From the NCBI GenBank assembly GCA_049325335.1, contig JBMOMC010000043.1, positions 213,852 to 277,851 on the forward strand: DNA of 64,000 nucleotides, in the 5' to 3' direction. Position numbers and translations under genes: made by a program. The notes under the pieces were generated by a model. That model was given only the letters and a program-made list of their open reading frames with translations, ran no database searches and was not told where the DNA came from. The DNA comes from Nitrospirota bacterium. Its GTDB lineage: Bacteria > Nitrospirota > Nitrospiria > 2-01-FULL-66-17. Below, piece by piece: positions 59,270 through 64,000 of this stretch (the stretch's first letter is position 1; each line of letters opens with the position of its first letter).

Positions 59270-59375
59270 TCGGCTGCAAAAGACGTGACAAGCGTGGTTC
59301 GACAGGCTCACCACGAACGGAATACGCATTCGAACATCGCGTTCCAACTCCGTTCGTCCTGAGCTTGTCGAAGGA
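59270..59375. repeat. Inverted pair of TTCGAC-type units (REPIN-like) between convergent genes
   Basis: GTGGTTCGACAGGCTCACCACGAACGG (59294-59320) and CCGTTCGTCCTGAGCTTGTCGAAGGA (59350-59375) are near reverse complements; preceded by degenerate terminal repeat GGCTGCAAAAG after TAG. Confidence 0.8.
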
Positions 59376-59377
59376 CC

Positions 59378-60670
59378 CTACTGGGGAACCTGGATCGAGA
59401 GTTCGGCCAACACGAGCCGTTCCGGGTCCGGGGCCTTGCGCGATTCCCGCAGCAAGACGGATGCGTCGGGCAGAACGCGGCCTTCAAAGCTCACGGTGCC
59501 GTTGGTCAGTACGGTCACGGGTCGGCTGAAGTCGATCTGATCCCGGCCCAGCAGCAGCGTGTAGCGGGTCACGCGTTCGGCGCGCACCGCGATTGTGTTG
59601 TTCTTGATTCGGGCATTGACCCGGGCCCAGGCCCCGTCCTGCAATCGGCGGCTCTCCTCCTTGTCGAACTCCGATGTCCAGAACGAGGCGGCGTCCCGGC
59701 TTTCGTCGATCCGGACCCAATAGAGGCGGCCGGTGTGGTCGCGGTCTCGCACCACGGTCAAGCGGTCGGGTACCCCCAGACGATGGCGCACTGAAAGCCA
59801 TTCGACCAAATCCGGGAGTTCCTCCTGCGGGAAGAAATGGCCGCCGGCCATGGGGTGTTCTTTTTCATGTTCTCGGTACACGACTTGAAACCCGTTCTTC
59901 TGAAGGTATGAGACGATGTCCCGGCTGTATGTGACCGGCATCACCTCGTCGCGGGCGCCGTGGATTATGTAAAAGCGGGTGTGACGCGCGTTGTCCAATA
60001 ACGGGTATAGGCCGCGCGGCAGCGCCGAAGCCATGGGCACCAGCGCGGCAAAGCGGTCCGCGTGGTTCAGCCCGATCACGAAGACGCCGGTCCCGCCGTT
60101 GGACATGCCGGTCAACATGACGCGATCCGGATCGATCCGGTAGACGCGGGACACTTCGGCGAGCACCGCCATCACCAATTCTTCCGCCTGGTTGGTCCAC
60201 CAGGCGGCGTCTTTGATCGTGGGGCAGGCCAAGATAAAGCCGTCTTTGAGGCGCGGCTGCCAGCGGTCCAGGTATGTTTCGCCCCCGAAGCCGGCGCCGT
60301 GCAAACAAATCACCAGAGGGTAGGCGCGGTCCGCGCGATACGATGCGGGCACGTAGAGCGCATAGTGAAACGTGCGATTGCCGACCTGGAACCGGCGTCC
60401 CGGCTGTTTGCCCACCGGAGCGTCCGGTAGGGTTGGAGCGATGATAGCCTGGTGCACCGCGTTTTCGAGGTCATCCACCGGCCTCGTCGCCAGCTCCGGC
60501 AGCAACCGTTCGGCCTGCTCGTCGCTCGCGGTCAAGTACGCCCGAACCCCGGACAGGGCGTCCGGCGTGGGCGCGGACCACTGCCGGGGGGACGGGCAGC
60601 CCGCAAGGAGCGCGACCAGAATCGTCAGCACGCACCGGCGACCGAACGAGGTCCGGGGTCGGACACGCAT
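59378..60670 (-). CDS. Alpha/beta-hydrolase lipoprotein (esterase/peptidase-like)
   Basis: LAGC lipobox, YVP..Y...PL...LHG, GMSNGG, HGARD, GH. Confidence 0.8.
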   Translation of the reverse strand: MRVRPRTSFGRRCVLTILVALLAGCPSPRQWSAPTPDALSGVRAYLTASDEQAERLLPELATRPVDDLENAVHQAIIAPTLPDAPVGKQPGRRFQVGNRTFHYALYVPASYRADRAYPLVICLHGAGFGGETYLDRWQPRLKDGFILACPTIKDAAWWTNQAEELVMAVLAEVSRVYRIDPDRVMLTGMSNGGTGVFVIGLNHADRFAALVPMASALPRGLYPLLDNARHTRFYIIHGARDEVMPVTYSRDIVSYLQKNGFQVVYREHEKEHPMAGGHFFPQEELPDLVEWLSVRHRLGVPDRLTVVRDRDHTGRLYWVRIDESRDAASFWTSEFDKEESRRLQDGAWARVNARIKNNTIAVRAERVTRYTLLLGRDQIDFSRPVTVLTNGTVSFEGRVLPDASVLLRESRKAPDPERLVLAELSIQVPQ

Positions 60671-60793
60671 GTCGCCACGGTACACGGCTCGTCCTCGGAA
60701 TGTAAAGGTTGCCGGATACGGTGATCGGAAAAAGTGGTGGTGGCGGACCGGGGTTTTTCGTTACACTGGGCCACGACTCGCTTCGGAGGTCCC

Positions 60794-61159
60794 ATGGACA
60801 GTGATGACGTCCGTCCGCCCTCGCCGTGGCAGGTTCCGGTCGGGGTTGCGATTTTTACAGTCACCGGCGTGTTGGTCGGCCTGTACTTGGATCACTGGGG
60901 CATCGTGATCGGCGGGGCGATCTTCGGGGCGTTGATCGGCGTGGGTGTGGGCAAGCTGGGCGCGCACCGGTTTTTCCTGAGTGTGGCCGTGGGCACCGTG
61001 ATCGGCGCCTTGGTCGGGTGGCGCGCGGGCGGACCCGCGGTGGTGCCGATGATGGCCGGGACCGGGAGCGCGGTGGGCGGGTTCGTGGGGATTACGATCG
61101 AAATGTTGGTCGGCGCGCGCCAACACCAAGGTGAGAAGCGCGCGCCGGGTTCGCGATGA
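60794..61159 (+). CDS. Small Gly-rich membrane protein
   Basis: GGAGG RBS, four hydrophobic GxxxG segments. Confidence 0.65.
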   Translation: MDSDDVRPPSPWQVPVGVAIFTVTGVLVGLYLDHWGIVIGGAIFGALIGVGVGKLGAHRFFLSVAVGTVIGALVGWRAGGPAVVPMMAGTGSAVGGFVGITIEMLVGARQHQGEKRAPGSR

Positions 61160-61356
61160 CCTCGGTCCGCGCGGCGCGGGGAATGGGCCGTCTTTTTTTC
61201 GTCACCGGGTTTATCTTCGCCGTGGTGGGGCTCACGTCACATGATCGGGTGTGGCTCAGGGCCGGTGTGGCGCTGCTCGTCACCGGGATCGCGGCCACGG
61301 GGTACGCGTTGTACCGGCAAATCACCGGCCCACGATCACACCACCCACGGTCCTAA
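61156..61356 (+). CDS. Small two-TM membrane protein
   Basis: ATGA overlap with the previous gene; two hydrophobic helices. Confidence 0.55.
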   Translation: MTSVRAARGMGRLFFVTGFIFAVVGLTSHDRVWLRAGVALLVTGIAATGYALYRQITGPRSHHPRS

Positions 61357-61371
61357 CCCGGGCCGCTGCGC

Positions 61372-61974
61372 TCAGTCCGAATCGCAGGACGCGCAGTCTC
61401 GGCAGTCCGGCCGGGGCTCGTAATCGATCACGCGCCCGTATCGATCCAGTTCAACGTGACAACACGCCAACAACATGGCCTTGACCTGCTCGCGGCCGCG
61501 TTGCACGCGCGACTTGGCGCCGGAGAGCGAGAGCCCCAGTGCTTCCGCCAACTCCCGCTGGGTGCGGCCCTCGATCTCGGTCAACGTGAGGGCTCGCCGA
61601 TAGGGTTCGGGCAGGCGGTCGATGAGCGGCCGCACGCAACCCGCGAGTTCTTCGACCGCGGACGCGGGTTCTTGAACCTCGGCGGCCAGATCGTCGGGGA
61701 GTTCGACCGCTGCGGGCCCCGACGCGCGGCGCCGAAGATGGTCGATCACCGTGTGGCGCGCGATCTGGTAAATCCACGCGGGCAACCGTTCGGTGTCCGC
61801 GAGCCCGCCCAGGCCCGCGTGGATTTTGATGAAGACCATTTGCAGGATGTCGTCGGCATCCGCGTCGTCGCCGACGCGACGGCGGATAAATTGCCGCACC
61901 GGGTCCGCGAACGCGGCCCAGACCGTGTCCGTGGACGGTCGCTCAGCGGGCGGGTCGATCGATGCGCCCTTCAT
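61372..61974 (-). CDS. sigZ: ECF RNA polymerase sigma factor, SigZ-like
   Basis: DADDILQ.VF, AWIYQIARH..ID, SLSGAKSRVQRGR, C-terminal CCHVELD..G.VID and Cys tail. Confidence 0.85.
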   Translation of the reverse strand: MKGASIDPPAERPSTDTVWAAFADPVRQFIRRRVGDDADADDILQMVFIKIHAGLGGLADTERLPAWIYQIARHTVIDHLRRRASGPAAVELPDDLAAEVQEPASAVEELAGCVRPLIDRLPEPYRRALTLTEIEGRTQRELAEALGLSLSGAKSRVQRGREQVKAMLLACCHVELDRYGRVIDYEPRPDCRDCASCDSD

Positions 61975-62392
61975 CAAGGTCGATCAAATCGAACAGGCTC
62001 AGCGCGGCCACGTCACAACGCGCCGCCACGTCTGGATACATTTGGGCGCGACGCGTCGCCCGCTCGGGATCCGGACGATACGCGTCGATCGCCGCAACCC
62101 ACGCCCGCTTCTCCGCGGCGGAGTGAGGCACGGCGTGTCGCTCCACCCACGCCAGGACCGAGGCGTCGTCCGGCGCGGCGAGAATCGCGGCGCGAAGAGC
62201 TTCGCGGTCGAGGCCCGTGAACGCGAGGAATCGTCCGTCCAACGTAAGTTCCGGGCCCAGTAATTGCGGGTGGTACTCAGGCGGCAACCGGCCTTGGGCG
62301 TGCAACCGGACCTTGTCGATTAATCGGGGAAGGAAGACATAGTCTCCGAGCGTCTCGCGCGGGGAGCGAAGGGGCGGCACGAGCGCGCTCAT
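61943..62392 (-). CDS. DUF5069-like protein
   Basis: RSPRETLG....LPRLIDK.R....G.L..EY, LD..FL.F.G, ID.DEGR; ATGA overlap with upstream gene. Confidence 0.75.
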   Translation of the reverse strand: MSALVPPLRSPRETLGDYVFLPRLIDKVRLHAQGRLPPEYHPQLLGPELTLDGRFLAFTGLDREALRAAILAAPDDASVLAWVERHAVPHSAAEKRAWVAAIDAYRPDPERATRRAQMYPDVAARCDVAALSLFDLIDLDEGRIDRPAR

Positions 62393-63537
62393 GCCGCCAG
62401 CGCCTGGGAAAAGTCTGCGATCAAATCGTCCGTGTCCTCGATGCCGACCGAGATTCGGACCAACCCGTCGGAGATGCCGAGTCGTCGGCGGTCCGCGGCG
62501 GACATGCCCGCGTGCGAGGTGGTGGCGGGCCGGGTGATGAGTGATTCCACCCCGCCCAGGCTGGGTGCGGAGATGGGAAGCGTGACGCGATGGATCATCC
62601 GGTCGGCCGCGTCCACGCCGCCCCGCAACTCCATGCTCAACACGCCGCCGAATCCGGAGAACAGTTCGGCCGCGCGCGCGTGGTTGGGATGGCGCTTCAA
62701 GCCGGGATAGTTGACCGAGGCGATCGCGGGGTGTTGCGCCAGGAATTCCGCGATGCGCAGCGCGCTCGCGTTCTGGTGGCGCATGCGCACCGCGAGCGTC
62801 TTCATACCCCGGTGCAGGAGAAACGCGGCGTGCGGATCGAGCGATCCGCCGAGGTGATTGAGCCGGTGCGTGATGCGCGTGATCCATGCGTTCGAACCGA
62901 TCACCGCGCCCGCGACAATATCCGAGTGGCCGTTGAGGTACTTGGTCGCGCTGTGAATCGACAGATTGAACCCGACCGCGAACGGCCGAAAGTTCAGGGG
63001 GCTCGCGAGCGTGTTGTCGATCACGGCAAGCAACCCGTGTTGTTCGGCGAACGCCGCGACCGCGCGCAGATCCGCCACCTCCAGCAACGGGTTGGTCATG
63101 GTCTCGACGTAAATGACTTTGGTGGCGGGTTTGAGCAGCCGGGCCCACGACTCCGGGTCGTTCGCGTCGATGAAGTCGTGCGAAATGCCGAACGCGGGCA
63201 GGTCTTTGGTGATCAGATCGTGCGTCCCGCCGTACAGGCAGGCTTGCGCCAGCAGATGATCGCCGGACCCGAGCGCGGTCAACAACGCGGTGGAAATCGC
63301 CGCCATCCCGCTGGCCATCACCACCGCAGCCTCGCCGCCCTCTAAGGCTGCCAGTTTCTGATGCAGGGCGATGTGGTTCGGTGTGTTGTTGAGGCGGATG
63401 TACTTCAGATCGTCATAACTGGCCTCACCGCCGTACTCGAAGTTGGCCGACTGAAAAATCGGCAACGACACTGCGCCGCCAATGCGCGGTGTCGGCTCGC
63501 CGGCGTGGATCAGGAGCGTGTCGATACGGTCGGTCAT
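62389..63537 (-). CDS. Cys/Met metabolism PLP-dependent enzyme (cystathionine gamma-synthase/lyase family)
   Basis: SGMAAI, YGGT, ET.TNP, DNT, HSATKYLNGHSD, SLGGVESL, RISVGIED. Confidence 0.92.
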   Translation of the reverse strand: MTDRIDTLLIHAGEPTPRIGGAVSLPIFQSANFEYGGEASYDDLKYIRLNNTPNHIALHQKLAALEGGEAAVVMASGMAAISTALLTALGSGDHLLAQACLYGGTHDLITKDLPAFGISHDFIDANDPESWARLLKPATKVIYVETMTNPLLEVADLRAVAAFAEQHGLLAVIDNTLASPLNFRPFAVGFNLSIHSATKYLNGHSDIVAGAVIGSNAWITRITHRLNHLGGSLDPHAAFLLHRGMKTLAVRMRHQNASALRIAEFLAQHPAIASVNYPGLKRHPNHARAAELFSGFGGVLSMELRGGVDAADRMIHRVTLPISAPSLGGVESLITRPATTSHAGMSAADRRRLGISDGLVRISVGIEDTDDLIADFSQALAA

Positions 63538-63558
63538 GACGGTCTCCGATGATACCGC

Positions 63559-63588
63559 AGCATAGGGGTTGTGCGCCTGGCGGGTCAA
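63559..63588 (-). promoter_or_regulatory. Putative sigma70 promoter
   Basis: TTGACC-N18-TATGCT upstream of the GGAG RBS of the PLP enzyme gene. Confidence 0.5.
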
Positions 63589-63686
63589 GGCCGCCGCACG
63601 CGGCGCTTGCTTGACTCGCGCCCCGCCCGCGGGTGAACATGCGCGGGCCGCGTGTCGCGGCCGTGCGGGTCAAGCCGGGAGGAGCC

Positions 63687-64000
63687 ATGGGCGGATTGTT
63701 CAAGGCGATCGTATTCAGCGGGTGTCTGGCGGTGGCGTTTGTCGCGGGGTACTGGCTGGGGAATCACCGACTCGACGACGTGACCGAACACGTCACGTCG
63801 CTCAAGGAAGAACTGGGCGCGAAAACCGCGGCGATCGACCGAGAAATGCTCGCCGTGAAGCGGCGGGAAGCCTTGGCGCAGGCGCGGGAGGCCTTGGCGC
63901 GGGCGCGCGAGGCGCTGGCGGACAAAAACGTCAAAGACGCCCAAGAGGAAATCGCGGTGGCCGCGGAGCGCATCGAGGCCTTGGCGCGGGACGCGGCCTC
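63687..64000 (+). CDS. Membrane-anchored coiled-coil protein, N-terminal part (runs off the window)
   Basis: GGAGG RBS; MGGLFKAIVFSGCLAVAFVAGYWLG then helical heptads; no stop before the window end. Confidence 0.7.
   Translation, partial: MGGLFKAIVFSGCLAVAFVAGYWLGNHRLDDVTEHVTSLKEELGAKTAAIDREMLAVKRREALAQAREALARAREALADKNVKDAQEEIAVAAERIEALARDAA

Noticed and set aside
58874..59347. ORF containing MRIPFVVSLSNH
   Set aside because: Translation of the TTCGAC repeat plus the antisense of the DUF853 gene
1..64000. tRNA, rRNA, riboswitch/T-box, prophage, transposase, selenocysteine recoding
   Set aside because: None recognised by eye; the GGTTCGA hits belong to the repeat family and lack a cloverleaf. 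A tRNAscan-SE/Rfam run would be needed to exclude small RNAs

Overview
GC-rich chromosomal segment of a Gram-negative bacterium (lpxC, lptE, murJ present; Nitrospirota or a related lineage is my impression, not a result). Most of it is housekeeping: ettA, queE, pepA, nagZ, rluD-lspA-ileS, amgK-murU, lpxC, murJ, rpsT, holA-lptE-leuS, gpsA, larBC, rsmA, thrB, trxA, recN, rpmB, recG, ppx, a LysM lytic transglycosylase and a SigZ-like ECF sigma factor. I found no rRNA, tRNA, CRISPR array, transposase or integrase. The most interesting signals are missing from the ORF track. (1) A two-gene unit at 17440-18024 encodes a coiled-coil + winged-helix protein followed by a 15-aa lysine-rich micropeptide (MATKKPAKKKAAKKK) with a strong RBS and a structured 3' region; it is a candidate nucleoid-associated or silencing system. 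(2) Several non-autonomous miniature inverted-repeat/REP elements recur, many starting exactly at TAG stop codons; one directly follows a membrane sensor that has no output domain. (3) Several genes, including ileS, look leaderless, and many sigma70-like promoters have an 18-nt spacer. (4) Accessory genes include a GIY-YIG nuclease, a lipase-like/lipoprotein pair, an MBL-fold protein lacking metal ligands in a rhodanese/Rieske cluster, and a 7-repeat FG-GAP lipoprotein. All product calls come from motifs recognised by eye; no database search was run.
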